Shown here one piece after another: positions 24,451 through 38,400 of a stretch of DNA of 64,000 nt; position 1 is the stretch's first letter, and every line of letters starts with the position of its first letter. The position numbers and the translations under genes were made by a program. The notes beneath the pieces were generated by a model. It did not search any database, was not told the origin of the DNA, and saw only the letters and a program-made list of their open reading frames with translations. Source of the DNA: Octopus sinensis (lineage: Eukaryota); the NCBI RefSeq assembly GCF_006345805.1, contig NC_043001.1:101742001-101806000 (forward strand), written 5' to 3'.

Positions 24451-26550
24451 CCATCTCTGATATTTGTTATCTATAGTCCATAAACATGATGTTTAATATC
24501 AGAGTCAGATATCTTAAATGATATTTCTTCAAAACTTTGTATCTTCTGTCCACAGCGATAAACTAAAGCAAAAAGCTGTAATGAGATTTTATATTATTAG
24601 TAATGTATTGTGAGAAAGTGTTTTCTACCATAAAATTCCAGTCCCGATGCTTTGCGACAGGAATTGAGCAAGCTTGAACCCCGTGGAAGACTGCTTGGTT
24701 TGTGTTCATAAGGTATGTGTGATTATTTAAGCGATGTATTGAATAGTAAAGGATGTAAACATTGGCATGAGAACTGATAAACTAATGATTTCAAAGGAAG
24801 CACCTTGTAATGTTTTTTTCCATCCAAGTTGTACAGACAATCCCTTGTCATTCTTGCCATCAACAATGCAGTGACTGTTGGATTGGCCAATGGAAAATCT
24901 CTAACCAGCTACATGCTAGTCTTCCAAAATATAAGAATAACTGGACATAGAAGCACAAAGAACATTCTAATGAGACAATGTGTTGCTTATGGCCGTGTGT
25001 CATACAATAACAACAGACTGAGCAAAACTCCTTCCCAGTGAGTAAGTTTTGGCATTGGGTAGCTTGGCAGAAGCTACAAGGAAAATGTTAGGAAAGCAGA
25101 CAAGTTATAGTTTATAAATTAAACTCCTCTACCAATCAATTATCTGTATCAATGTCCCAATAAAATCAATGTCAGAGGGAAGCGCTTTTCCCCTGTTGGT
25201 CCCTGACTTTCATAATCTTTAATATGTAACAACAAATCTATGACCTGAAAAACTGTTAATAATTTTCAAAAAGATTTTGTTGAATAAATTTTGTCAACTT
25301 CATTGTTTGTTTTTTTTTTTACTGTGTTTGTTACACTTTGAATTAGGTTATCCAGGATTTCCATGTCATCACATATAAGTGATTCCAACAACATTTCCAA
25401 ACTTCCAAATATATAAGATCTACAAAGATGTCCAAAGTTTCTTCCGTAGCAGTTGTCATTCTAATATAAACTTAGCCCAGAAACAACACAGGACTGTTTG
25501 AACTTCCCATAGAAATGAACAAATAAAATTTCCTTTCTATTCTTTGTTCAAAACATACTTGTTCCACTTTTTATTGTTGTGCAACTGTGAAGCCATTCTG
25601 CAAAATATTTAACAAGTTTTTACAATTTTTAATTCCACCAGCACCAATTTTAGAAAGCCAATCACAAATCCTAACTCTTGTACAAGCAAAGTCTAAGCGA
25701 ACTAAATTCTTGTTATATATAACCTTAACGACTTGCTGGATATTGTTGTCTCCATGGACATATTCACAGGTCAGCATTTCAATGACATCAACGTCCCTGT
25801 CTTCAGCATCAAAAGTTAGTTTTTCAAAGTGCTAACTTACTTAGAAAACATTTCTTTACGACTCTTTCTTTAGGAATTCTACTGGAAACGATCCTTCCTT
25901 TGAAGTATTGAAAGCTATTTTCAATTTGTTGTTTGACAGAGAAGCTTTTAAACGGGAACAATTCACAGCAACAGCGTTTCTAGCTGACAAGTTTTTGTTT
26001 GTTTGTTTGTTTAAACTAATAAATGTTGGTCTTAATGTCGTTTTATTTCATTGCATGTAGAAATCTAGCAATGATGTCCGAAGCATGAATGGGCAGGTCT
26101 TTGACCACCCACCCCTTCCACCTGATTTATGTACCTCATTTACTCCACCCTCATCAGTCACTAGCAGAATTCTGAAAATTCTACACAAAGGAGACATGAA
26201 CATCACGAGTGAAGGCAGCCCTTCCAGGAGAGTACCAACTCCGGGTAAAAAGTAACATGAAGAGAGGAAACATGCTTGAGGCATGATAAAATGCAACCAC
26301 TTCCAGGCTGTAAAATAGTTGGTGATAGGAAGAGCATCCAGCCAACAGAACAAATTATGACATAAATACAATTAAATACAATCTAATTACATAAACAGGC
26401 TAAGCTATGGTCAGTGGTCAGGTAGTGGCCAGGTGGAAACATTTGGGTGGGCATAAAATCTTCCAAGCAGTCATCAAACCATTATCCATATTCTTCTTTT
26501 TGCAGATGTAGAAAGCAAATATCAATCCACAAACATGAACTCATCTCTTC

Positions 26551-27012
26551 CTTGTAGTAAAGACTGTTTGCCAACATAACATGGCAGTCCTGGTTTAGAA
26601 CTAAGGTTGCTGTAATTTAGTCCCAGGAGACATAGTCTCCAGCTGGCTATACGACACAATCTGTGTCTTTATATTTTCGAACAAGGGAATCTAGCACCCC
26701 AAATCAGCTCAAAGCAATATCTGTGAATTGCGATTTCCGTGTTATTTCCCTTCAATTATTCTGTGCTGATAAAGGAAAAAAAAACCAGAAATCACAATAC
26801 ACAGATATTGTTTTGAGCTGAGTTGGGGTGCTAGATTGCCTTGTTCAAAAATATAAAGACACAGATTGTGTCGTATAGCCAGCTGGAGACGATGTCTCCT
26901 GGGGTTAAATTACAGCAACATTCATCCTAAACCAGGACTGCCATGTTATGTTGGCAAACAATCTTTACTCCAAAGTATTGTTGCTGAATATCTCTCGTTG
27001 TGAGATTTAGAA
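26551..27012. mobile_element. Inverted pair of a dispersed repeat (arms 26551-26739 and 26786-26974)
   Basis: ~190-bp arms, highly similar, with a 46-bp spacer; same family as 12375-12570. Confidence 0.85.
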
Positions 27013-27049
27013 ATTGTAATTTTCTAACTCATCTCTTCCTGTTTGGTGC

Positions 27050-30000
27050 AAAGTATTAGACTTGTAGCCATTGATGGAGTGAAAGATAAGTCTGGAGAAA
27101 TTGCAGAAATGTTCAAGATACATCAAGTGGATGTGTTGTATGCCAGAAGTTAGACAGATTGGAGCCTCAGCAATATTCTTCAAAGATAAGGAATGCAAGC
27201 ACAAATATTGAGTAAGGAACAGCTTGGCTGCGGGAATCAGGTATTTTGTTGACAAAGAAATGGATAAAGTAAATGAAGTCGTCATTGTACGTGACAGAAC
27301 AATGAAGTCCAGACAAGTTATTGACCACAATACAGCAACAGATAATTCCTAGATCTACGTCACAAACAGGAACGAACATCTGAGCAAAAAGGACCGTTTC
27401 TATTAAAATCACTTCAATAATCACTGGCAGTGACCTCGTTATCTGATGTATTTTATGGACATGTTAGGCAACACCTCAGATACATAGGGGCTATGACTAT
27501 GACATGAAGAATAAGAAAGGATGGAAATTCTGGACAATCTGTAAGACAAAGGCTCTAACCAATTGCAAAACCTGGAGACCGGACAAATAGATGGTTGTGA
27601 AGTATGCACCATTCATTATACATTAGTGGTTAATGAGTCTAGAGTAAAAGTTAAATGATTGAGAAACACTAGAAAATCTCGTACAGAAATTGAGAGATGT
27701 GTCTGTGAAAAAAAAGGTTCAGGGAGGTTCAAGATGGTGTTTGTCGAAAAAGGAGGAAGATCTATAACCAGTGATTGAAGTATGGAATACACAAAAGAAT
27801 GGCTTTCTCCAACATCTTAACTCACTTTCCATTATTACTCCACGCTTACCCAGAACTTAGCCTACCCCAAATTCCTAAAGCCCATTTTTATCTTCGTCTA
27901 TGACAGAGAGGAGTTTCTGAAGAGAATCTGCTTCAAGACACAACCAGAACTGTGGTTGGAGCTAAGTTCTAGTTAGCAAGATGGTGACATGATGAGGAAT
28001 TGTGTAGCAGATGGAGCCATAAAAACTAAGAGAAAGGCTTTGAGAGATTGGAAGAAGGGGGCGGGGCAGAAACGCTGTCAAGTGTTGAAAAGAAAAGTTC
28101 AAAGTCAGATCAGATGTAAATAGCTTTGAGAGTAGATGAAAGGGAGAGGTTTACCAATATTCTACAATGGAAAGATCAGAGGTATAAAGTGGTCTGTGAG
28201 TATGAATGAAGATGCCATGGCAGGAACAAGTGTTTGGAATAACTACAGTGCACTTGCCATCATCAATACCAGGAAGGAAAAAAGAACATCTAGAGCAGCA
28301 TTAAAGAAACATTTTAGTGCAGCGGGCAAAAATTTCCCAAGAAAAAGGTCTGCGGGTGGATCACAGATTCTAACTCTTATATCTGTGTAAATATTATATA
28401 TGACTATGTATAATTTGATATATCATTAATAAAGATAAATTTAACACTTTAAATCAACGAGTAACATCTTCATTAATGCCACCACTGGATTTGGGACGTT
28501 TATATTATTTATGAGGTATTCTATTTTGTTCAGCTAGAGTGTAGTTTGGTTTGAAGGGGGGGGGGTATAAACCTAGTAATATGTGTTTTATAGGGAAAAC
28601 AAAATTTCCATTCAAATGGTAATTACCAGGCGATTTCTGACCATTTTAAGTTGTGGTGGAAACGCAACCTATGTCGCAAATAGGTATACGAATATTGTAT
28701 AAAATTTTGATTGAAACAACACCAAGCATGCCTGAAAAAGAGAAATCAAGTATTGAAGGTGACTGTTACAACCAAAGATATTAAGGTCGGGAAAGCAGCG
28801 GATGGCTTCTATATTTCTGGGGACCTGAATCAGCAATTGTAACAAGAATGTTGAAACACCCAAATAAAGCAGGGATTGCATTAATCATGAACACAGTCAA
28901 TCAGGAAGTACAGAGAGATACCATGTGCAATGACTGTTACAGGGACAAATGAAATATCTAAAAAACGAAGAAGTGATGACAGAGGTATCAAACTGATGAA
29001 ATTAACAGAAAGTGTTATAGCATGAATAATTGAGAAGAGAACTGGATGAAACACAGCCTGCTTTTGGCAATTATGGGAAAGGATTTTGGCTGAGTTCCAT
29101 GCTCTGTGGTCAGGTGATTGATAAGAAAATTGAGTGTAGAGGAATGACTTGTGAAAGCTGTGCAAACCATGTGATTGGTGTGAAAATCACCAAGGTTTGT
29201 GATGTGTTTAGTGAGGAATTTTTAGCTTACACCCAGATGTTCACCAGGGCTCGATTCTCTAACCGCTACCATTTATTATAATTCTTTAGGACATCACAGA
29301 AGAGTTTAAGACCAGCTGTCCATGGGAACTCCTGCATGCTAATGATCTGCTTTGTATAAGTGAATTTGTTAAAGGTTTAGAGAAGAAATTTTCATGTGGA
29401 AAAAAAACCAAGTATTGAATAACCTCAAAGTAAATCTATCAAAGACAAAAGTAGAAAATAAAACAGATCTCTAATGGCATTCAAGAAATGGTCATGAGAA
29501 AAGTTCTAAGTAAAAATTCCATAGGGTGTACAAGAAGTGTAGTCAGATTCCAAACAGTTTACAGTGAACAAATATATCGTAATAAGCCAGATACACAGGA
29601 GAATTTAACAGTAAGAACACCTGTGAAATGAATTCATCATCATCATCATCATTTAACGTCTATTTTCCATTCTGGTATGGGTTGGATGGTTTGACAAGAA
29701 CAGGCAAGCCGAAGGGCTGCACCAGGCTCCATTTGTCTGTTTTGGCATGGATTCTATAGTTGAATGACCTTCTTAATGCCAACCACTTCACAGAGTGTAC
29801 TTGGTGCTTTTTATGTGGTTCCAGCACATGTGCAATTTACATGACACCAAAAATCTAGAGAAGCAGCTGATAGTTCTTGTCATTTAGTTGGTGCAATTAA
29901 ACAGTGGCTGTGATTGTTCTAATGCCACAGTGGCCAGAGTAAGAATTGGGTGGTAAAAGTTCTTGGAGCTGTTACCTCTGCTGCCAACAAAAGGATTCTC

Positions 30001-30400
30001 ATTTCTCACATTGTGTGAAAAGTAGATCGTCTGATGTTTGTGAACAAAATGCTTTGCATCAATGCAACAAAACATGAACATTGGGTGTGAAGAATGTCAA
30101 AACAGTAGAAAGAAATTGAACAAGTTTGCCTCACTTGGTGTATTACGTTGGTGCTTGAATGTCGAAGCAGAAATGGACAGCAAGAAAAAGTGGACAGAAT
30201 GGACAGAAGCAGACTCTGATGCAGGTGAAGAATAAGAGTTGGGTAAAAAAATTTCAAACGATATTCAAGTGTAGAAGAGAGAGGAAGAGACAAGAAGAAA
30301 TGGTGAGATTTGATCTCAGGATGCTGATCTTCGCAAAAGAGATGAGAAAGACTGTGGCAATGGATAAACATGATACTGAAGAAGACTCAAACGACCACAC
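27050..30400 (+). mobile_element. Near full-length, heavily decayed RTE LINE (APE endonuclease + RT + C-terminus), interrupted by other inserts
   Basis: KSGEIAEM..VDVCCMPEVR (APE N-terminus, ~27090), CPWELLHANDL (~29320), VARVRIGW*KFLELLPLL (~29930), in colinear order. Confidence 0.8.
29635..29850 (-). mobile_element. RTE 3'UTR copy nested antisense in the decayed RTE
   Basis: catcatcatttaacgtctattttccattctggtatgggttgg... Confidence 0.85.
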
Positions 30401-30654
30401 TATAAAGAAAGATAAAAGAGATATAAGATGATAACAATGACCATGATAATGGTGGTGGTGGTGGTGGTGGTGATTCCAATCTCAATGAAAATTAACATAC
30501 ACAGAAAATCCCACACTAACAACATGTATGACAATCATACAAACACACTGATATACATGTATGTGTGTGATGATATATATGTATGTATGTATGTATGTAT
30601 AATGGATCATACATATATATACAAATGCAAGCACTTATACACATGTACATATTA

Positions 30655-30760
30655 CATACACACACACATACATACATACATACATACATACATACATACA
30701 TACATACATACATACATACATACATACATACATACATACATACATACATACATAGATACA
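30655..30760. repeat. (CATA)n tetranucleotide microsatellite
   Basis: Seen directly. Confidence 0.97.
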
Positions 30761-31696
30761 TATATGAACAGCCACATATCCCTATACATATGTCCATACA
30801 TTTCATATATAATGCTGAAATTGTTAAAACTTCATCTCTGACCTCTGCTAATTGATTTAACTTCAATGCAAACAAATTTTATGTAAATTTAATGTAAAAA
30901 TGTAAACAGGGCAATCCAATTAGCCTATGTGCAAAACAGGGTTAACATTACGGTTTTGCTGTGAACATATTTTGCATATATCAGTAAAATCTTTATCAAT
31001 TATTCAACAGCCCTGGTTCACCAACAGAAAATGGCTTTGTTAGACGAACAGTAAACTCATGATCCAACTTAATCTTTAATCTTTCTTTGATCAATATGAG
31101 TATCAAGCTGTTGAACTAAATATCTTTTAGTATTCACTTCTAATCCTCCGTTTTGAGTTCAAATCGTCCCAACGTCATCATTATGGTTTTTCTTTCGAAA
31201 TTCCATAAATCAAGAACCAGGCAAATGTTGGAATTGGTTTGGTATTGCCTTGAGCCTCAGATTTGTAGTTTTGTGCTTATCTAAGAAACCACCATTGTTT
31301 AAGTTTATGACGGGGACTCCATGTGGTTACCTGATCTGCTAAAAAAAGCAGTCTAACGTACCACAAATAGCATCCTATAAACCATCTCAAGAAAGGAAAG
31401 ACATTCAATATTGTAGTCCTAGATACACAGTGCTCAAGAGGATAGAACGAGCTTGACTGGAAGACATTTCAACACTGACCAGTTCAGGACTGACCTAGGG
31501 CTAAACAGCAGCGAAAACAATTATTGTTGTTGTTGTTATCGTTGCTGTTATTTGTCTTATTGTTGTTGTTGCTGTTGTCCACAATGTCCTAGATAACATT
31601 TCATTAAAGACACATGGTGGTGGTGGTGCTGGTGCTGGTGAGCAATACCCACATTGTAAATACATTGAAGTTATTTTATAGAAATTACCAAATTAT

Positions 31697-31975
31697 GTGA
31701 AGGCACACGGCCCAGTGGTCGGTGGTCAGTGCTCACAATCTAGTGATCATGGGTTCAATTCATGGACTGGGCACCATGTTGTGTTCTTGAGCAAAACACT
31801 TCATTTGACATGGCTCCAGTCCACTCACCTGTAAATGGGCACCACTGTGATGGACTAGCCTTCTGATCAAGAGAAATATCGGCCTTCTCCCCTAGCCAGT
31901 TGGGTGGTATCATTCGAAAGCTAAAATGATGCAAAGTGCATTGTGACCAGTGATGTATAACAACGTCCCCCAACA
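31697..31975 (+). mobile_element. tRNA-head SINE (family D head, distinct tail)
   Basis: A-box-like cggcccagtgg, B-box-like gggttcaattc, then gtgttcttgagcaaaacact..gctccagtccactca. Confidence 0.75.
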
Positions 31976-32370
31976 TCATGAGACCTTCTCTGCTTTCCAC
32001 TGACCAAATTATAAACCAAACGCTTGACAAGGATTTCCTCAAATAGTCTGCATCGTCCCTCAGATGGGAGTTTACTTTCTTGGATGTTTTCCGCCTCTTG
32101 ACTTGGTCAAGGGTCTCTCAGGGATGGTGCTGACCTGTCACGTATCTCCTCTCAACCCTTTCCTCTGTTGTTTTATTTGTCTGTCCACATGGCTGTCGTC
32201 CAGATAAGCAGGGTCCATTCCTAAAGTTGTCTTCACTATTGTTCGCACTTCACAACCAATCTTGTGGTGCCTCTGTTAGAGGAGGCATGTCTTGCTTATG
32301 GCTTTTCTGATTGCTTTCAGTCATATGTCTGACCATTTGCACCTCTTTGTTCAAAGTTTGTTCTACTCTG

Positions 32371-32870
32371 GTCAGCCTGTAATGACAAGCATAAGATCTA
32401 GTCATCAAATCTAAGTAGAGACTTCAAACTTGAAATATTCAAAGCCACAGTCGAACCAATTCTACTATATGGCTCAGAAACCTGGACATTATCAAAGAAG
32501 CTTGAGAGGCAGTTGGATGGAACCTACACTCGCCTCCTTATGAGAGCTCAAAATCTCTCGTGGAAGCGCCATCCAACCAAAATGCAAATATATGGGAAAT
32601 TACCACCTGTGTCATCTCTTGTGAAAGGTAGGAGAGTCCAGTTTTCTGGACATTGTTGTAGAGCTGAAAAAGAAGTAATTTCTACTCTTCTCCTCTGGAA
32701 GCCATCTACTCACAATACCAGAGGGCGCACACTCTCCTACCCTGATGTAATCTCCAGGGATACAGGCATCCAGCAACAGGACCTCTGTAATGCTATGATG
32801 GACCGTGAAGTCTGGCGTAACATAGTAAATTCCATTGTCTCGACCACGGTCGAACAATAATGATGATGAT
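32371..32870 (+). mobile_element. Young 5'-truncated RTE-group LINE with 12-13-bp TSD
   Basis: FKATVEPILLYGSETWTL..RRVQFSGH..MMDREVWR; stop immediately followed by (TGA)n; TSD ttgttctactctg at 32358-32370 and 32870-32882. Confidence 0.92.
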
Positions 32871-34184
32871 TGTTCTACTCTGAGAGTCTTGTGTGAAGAT
32901 TCATAACAGCAGTTTCCATTGCATCCTCACCAGTTTCTTCACCAATTTCTCACAGGATTTGGGAATCATAGACATAAGTTTGAGATGCTGTGACTTTCAG
33001 ATGAATTGTGTCTGAGTTACACAACCTATGTCCAAGCTTGCTTTGATCAAGAAGCATGGTGTGGATGACCAGGACTCTAACAGTATTTCATCAAGTTCAT
33101 AGAGATTTCCATTACTGCTTGAGTGAGGCAACTTTTTTTAAGCGTTTTCCCCATTGTTGTTGCCAAGCACTCAATCCACCAGAATCAGCTTCCCATTCTG
33201 AGATCAGACTTGTAACTTGAGAACAACTCTTACCAGCGTTAACCTGCCTGTCAAAGTGTTGCATTTACCAAAGTGAGATCACTGTGTAAACTTCAACTTC
33301 TTGACAAAGACAAAATGTGAGTGATGTGCGTGAGGGAACACAATAAATGCTTACCACCAGAATTAATAACTCCCTGAACATGTAAAACCCTATAAAAAAC
33401 ACTAATAAGCTGATAATTAACCTTTAACTTTCAAAAGAAAGTTGACCAATTCAAAACCGGTCTGCAACGACATACATATTCTGAAAATAAACACATGCAG
33501 ATTGATCAACAAACAAACTAATTAAAATATAGTGTTGTTATAAAATATATAAACTAAAGACGAGGTTAATAATGTGGAAAACTGTAATTTTAAATGTTGA
33601 CCAGTCAAAGAAAATAGTTAAGAGAAACGTGTCGTATAAAACAGAAATGAAATCCCAAGCTAGCACAGAGTATGACTGTTAAAATTACATTAATGTCATT
33701 GTAAAAGGCACAAATATGACACAGTTCTCCTTTCAGTGATCGTCTGTGTATCTCAAGTGTTGTTTCTCTCCCATAAATCAATATGCTGGATTAAGAACAT
33801 TTCATCTATGTTACGTCTATCCTCTGTTGTCTTCTTAATGTTATATTTTATATCCATTATTGTCATAATAAAATGGTTTGGACTGTTCTGCTTGATTTAA
33901 GCAATTACTAGAATTGTTAATTATTCTGAACTGTTATGTGGATACAACAATGAACGATAAAACAAAGCAAAGAGTTAAAAGGTATTTGGCAATGCAGTAA
34001 TGTGACAAAATAATATAACATAGGATAAGATAGTAAAATAATGTAAGTAAAACGACTAGAAACGTTTTATTGGTTTGCGGGTTTGATGTTTAGCAGCAAT
34101 AAAAATGAAAGAAGTGGTAGAAATGGGGAGTTAGGAGTGAGAGATGTGCAGATGGATGAAGGAATTGAGAAATATATAAAAGCT

Positions 34185-34510
34185 GGCACCCTTTCGGCTA
34201 CAACAATAAGGGTTCTAGTTGATCTGACCAACGGAACCACCTGTTTGTGAAATTAACATGCAAGTGGCTGAGTACTCCACAGACATGCAGGCCCTTAATG
34301 TAGTTCCCAGGGAAATTTGGCATGATGCAGAAAGTGACATGGTTGGTCCTTTTGTATTACAGGTACTCCTCAATTTTGCCAGCTGAGTGGACTGGAGCAA
34401 TGTGAAATGAAGTGTCTTGCTTAAGGGCACAGTGTGCTGATGTGAACCAAACTGATGACCACATACACTTGTGAGCCAAATATTTTGACCACTTAACCAC
34501 GTGTCTTCAC
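34185..34510 (-). mobile_element. tRNA-head SINE family D
   Basis: Homologous to 46880-47200 and 53366-53680 (gcaagacact..gctccagtccactcagctg..actacattaaggg..ctgtggagtactcagccacttg). Confidence 0.85.
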
Positions 34511-34534
34511 TGTGAGATATATAGATGGAAGAAA

Positions 34535-34764
34535 GGCGGCGAGCTGGCAGAATCGTTAACACACCGGGCGAAATGCTTAGCGGTATTTCGTCTGGCGTTA
34601 CGTTCTGAGTTCAAATTCCACTGAGGTCGACTTTGCCTTTCATCCTTTCAGGGTCGATAAATTTAGTACCAGTTATGCACTGGGGTTGATGTAATCGACT
34701 TAATCTGTTTGTCGGTCCTTGTTTGTCCCCTCTATGTTTAGCCCATTATGAGTAGTAAAGAAAT
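34535..34764 (+). mobile_element. Full-length SINE family B (tRNA-like head, Meta-domain-like core) with 17-bp TSD
   Basis: gagctggcagaatcg..gagttcaaattcc..gcctttcatcctttcagggtcgataaa..gtaccag; TSD atatatagatggaRgaa at 34517-34533 and 34765-34781. The Meta-domain assignment is from memory. Confidence 0.9.
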
Positions 34765-35489
34765 ATATATAGATGGAGGAAGGAGAGAGAGAGAGAGAGA
34801 GAGAGAGGGGAAAGAGATGAATTGAGGAAGAGACAGATATAGATAGTGTTGACACAAGTTATGTGAAGTCGTGTTTGGTTTTAACAGAATCTCACAAAAT
34901 AATACAACTGAATGGCAAATCATTGCCGGCTTGAAGCGATGTGACTAATTTCAATTCTGTTGCTTAGTAACAGTGAATGCTTTCGGCTCAAAACATTAAT
35001 CTCCAGCTGATGTGATGCTTTATTTTGTATTTTCATTGATTTATTAATGGTGGGCAGATGGAGTTTCACTCTTTTACTGCTCAGAGATATTAAATATGTA
35101 ATTCCATGTGTCCAGATTATCCCTGAGGTTTAGCTAGAGGTTCTGTTTCTTAATTAATTGTGGTCTGCTAAAATCTGAGTTTTTGTATCTCTTTCACACG
35201 TAAATTTATGATGAAATACCGAGTTAAATGATATGACTTGACAAAAATGGCCTGAAATTCTAAGATATCATTGCCATTTTGTCAACCTGATGTATGTTGT
35301 TCCACACAGTCAAGAAAACTTATGAATAATGGTTTTTTTCAAATACAGTGGTCAGCTGAGCCATTCTTTTAGTGGACTGATCTATGGTTAGATGACAATT
35401 TTACTGTGTGTGGTTGTTGTAATTCTGACATAAGTATCATGCCTTATCATGCTAGTCTAAGTATTGTACTTCTTTATATAACACCTTAA

Positions 35490-35693
35490 CCCTTTCGTTA
35501 CTGTATTTCTGTTGAGATGCCCTGTGTTTCTTTGAATTACTTTAAATAAACAAAGAATTTAGTAAAATAACTTAGTTATCCTTAAGCTAGTGTTAGGAAC
35601 ATAAATTGTGACTAAGGTTTGGTGGAAGATTTTAATTCAAAACTTATGAAAACAAGACATTTGGTGGTTTCAACCGGGTTGGTAATGAAAGGG
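35490..35693. mobile_element. piggyBac-type MITE
   Basis: TTAA|CCCTTTCGTTAC ... GTAATGAAAGGG|TTAA: 12-bp TIR (one mismatch) and TTAA TSD. Confidence 0.88.
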
Positions 35694-35888
35694 TTAAGGT
35701 TCAGAGCTGGTAGAATTGTAGGACTGTTAGAAAAAGTGCCTTGCAGTATTTCTTCAGTTCAAATCTTGCCCATGTCAACTTTGCCTTTATGGGGTCGATA
35801 AAAAATGAACATTCTTCAAAATTTCTGTCTCTCTGCCTAAATCAAAAACAATTATAAAACTCTCTCTCCTCGCCATAACACAAAACGT

Positions 35889-35938
<50 letters not shown>

Positions 35939-35959
35939 CTCTCTCTCTTACTTTCTCCT

Positions 35960-36425
35960 ACCTTCCTACTCGGGTAACCAAGTACCTCCTCTGTCCCTCT
36001 CTCATACTCTAACCTCTCACCTATCTAGCATACAGCTGCTAACCCTGGTTCCACTGCCTCTCTCAGCTAATAGGTCCTTGTCATGCCAAGTTACTTGGTG
36101 ACCCCATTGGTGCTGGTGCCATGAAAAATGCTCCCATGCTGGTGTCATGTAAAAAGCACCCAGTACGCTTTGTAAAGGGGCTGGTTTTAGGAAGGGCATC
36201 CAGCCACAGAAACTATTCCAAAACATACAATTAGGGCCTGCAGCTCTCTGGCTTGCCAGCTCCTATCGAACCATTCAACCCATGCCAGTATGGAAAAAGG
36301 ACTTCAAGTGGTGGTGGTGGTGGTGGTGACGATGATGATGATTGTGGTGATGGTGGTGGTGGTGGTGGTGGTGACGATGATTATGATTGTGGTGGTGGTG
36401 ATAGTGGTGGTGTTGATGGTGATGA
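35960..36425 (+). mobile_element. Older RTE 3'UTR subfamily copy with tail expanded to (GGT/GAT)n
   Basis: taaaaagcaccc..aggaagggcatccagcc..aacccatgccagtatggaaa. Confidence 0.75.
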
Positions 36426-36744
36426 TGTTTCTTTCTCTCTTCCACTCTTATCTTCTTTCCTCTTTCTCTCTGCTGCTCTCCGCTTCATTGACACCAGTGT
36501 TAGGTGCTCTCTGCAACCGTCTCTTCTCTGCCCTCTTTTCCCACCAAATCTGCTTCCCTGCCATCAATGGACAGCATCTCTCCAAAATATCTCTGTATGC
36601 AGTCTCTACCCACAACATGTCTCTCTCTTTCTCTCTCTCTCTTTCTCCCTCTCTCTCTCTCTCTCTCACCCACACCCATACATTTGTCAATGAAAAGAGT
36701 GGCTGCCGCCATTCTTGTATTCCAGGATTTATGGATATCTTTTA

Positions 36745-36956
36745 CCTTTTACTTGTTTCAGTCATTGAACTGTGGCCATACTGGTGCACTGCCTCGAAAG
36801 GTTTAGTCAAGCAAATCAACCCCTGTACTTATTCTTTAAAGCCTGGTACTTATTATAACAGTCTCGTTTTGACAGACTGCCAAGTTGTTAAGTGGAGGTG
36901 GAGGACAAAGACACACACACACACACACACAAAGACACACACACATTGGTAACATG

Positions 36957-36992
<36 letters not shown>

Positions 36993-37018
36993 GACACACA
37001 CACATTGGTAACATGCAT

Positions 37019-37096
<78 letters not shown>

Positions 37097-37258
37097 CAGA
37101 CTTCTTCCAGTTTCTGTCTATCAAATCCACTCACAAGACCTTGATCAGCCCAGAGCTATAATAAAACATGCTTGCTCAAGATGTCACATAGTGGGACTGA
37201 ACTCAGAACCATGTGGTTGGGAAGCAAGCGTCTTACCACACGACCACATCTGCACCTC
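36745..37258 (-). mobile_element. SINE family C with duplicated internal (AC)n block
   Basis: cttttacttgtttcagtcatt ... gtgggactgaactcagaaccatgtgg..ttaccacac. Confidence 0.85.
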
Positions 37259-38400
37259 TATGGAGAATCTGTGTGAAGAAATATGTTATTCTTCATAGAA
37301 TTGGATTTCGGTTCACCCTGAAGGGAAGGACATAATGAAGTCAACCAGTTTAGAGGGTCAGCTGGTGTAGGGAAGTCAGCATCAAATTTGATGTTGTTGT
37401 GGAAAGCAGAGAAGGTCTCATGATTCTAAGCATTCTTACCTTTAGAATTGGCCAGCAGCTCAAAGACATCATCATCTTCCCTCTGGTACAACGTGATGTG
37501 TCAGAAACCATTAAAAGATTAAAAGAAAAATAAGTGTCATTCTTTGTATTTTCACCATATTTTTCACGACCATTTCTCTATAAATCCAATCTATATAACC
37601 CTCTCGCATTTCTGTGTGCAATCATATTATTTACAATATTCATTCTTTTGGAAAAGGCATATCAACCACACAATCCCATATTTCTTGGCTTTAAAGCATA
37701 AATCTCTATATTTCTGTATGTAATGAAATCGTTTTTATTATTAAAAAAACAAGAATTATTTATTGGAATTTTAAAACAGTTTTGATTCTCTTTTCATTTT
37801 CATTCTCATTTTTTTTCCTTGTTTCTTTGTTTCTTATTTCATTTTGTTAACGTGGAATACTTTTATTGACAACAAAACTATTTTTATTTCTGTTATTGCC
37901 TACATCACAAAACACTTTCCAAGGAAAACATTCTTCATTTTCGCTTTTTATTCAATCTAAAAACTATGAGATTGTTCCCTATATTCAATGGGTTGTCATT
38001 GCATGTACAAATATTGGATCAAATAATATAGCTTACATTCTATGTCTTGTTAATTTATTTATATCCAAATTCCCAAACCTTAATCCTATATCAGGATTGT
38101 TGAATCCTGTAAAAACGTTTATTAGGACATAGAAGGAATGGAATATGTTTATGTATGGGAAAATACCATCCAGCTACGATTATTCATGAATTCAAGGAGC
38201 ACTTCAGTATACATATACATGCATATACACACACATGTATAAACAGCTATACATATACACACATTTACATACATATATATATATATATACAAACACGCAC
38301 ACATACACATTCACATACATACACACGCACAGAGGGATAGAGAGAGAGAAAAGAGAAAGAGAGGAGGAGTAAGAAAGAGAGAGAGGGGAGCGAGGGAGAT

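Noticed and set aside
25100-25980. Complex, coding-looking minus-strand stretch (68-aa ORF 25571-25777)
   Set aside because: Broken by stops and frameshifts, with no motif I can recognise; needs BLASTx.
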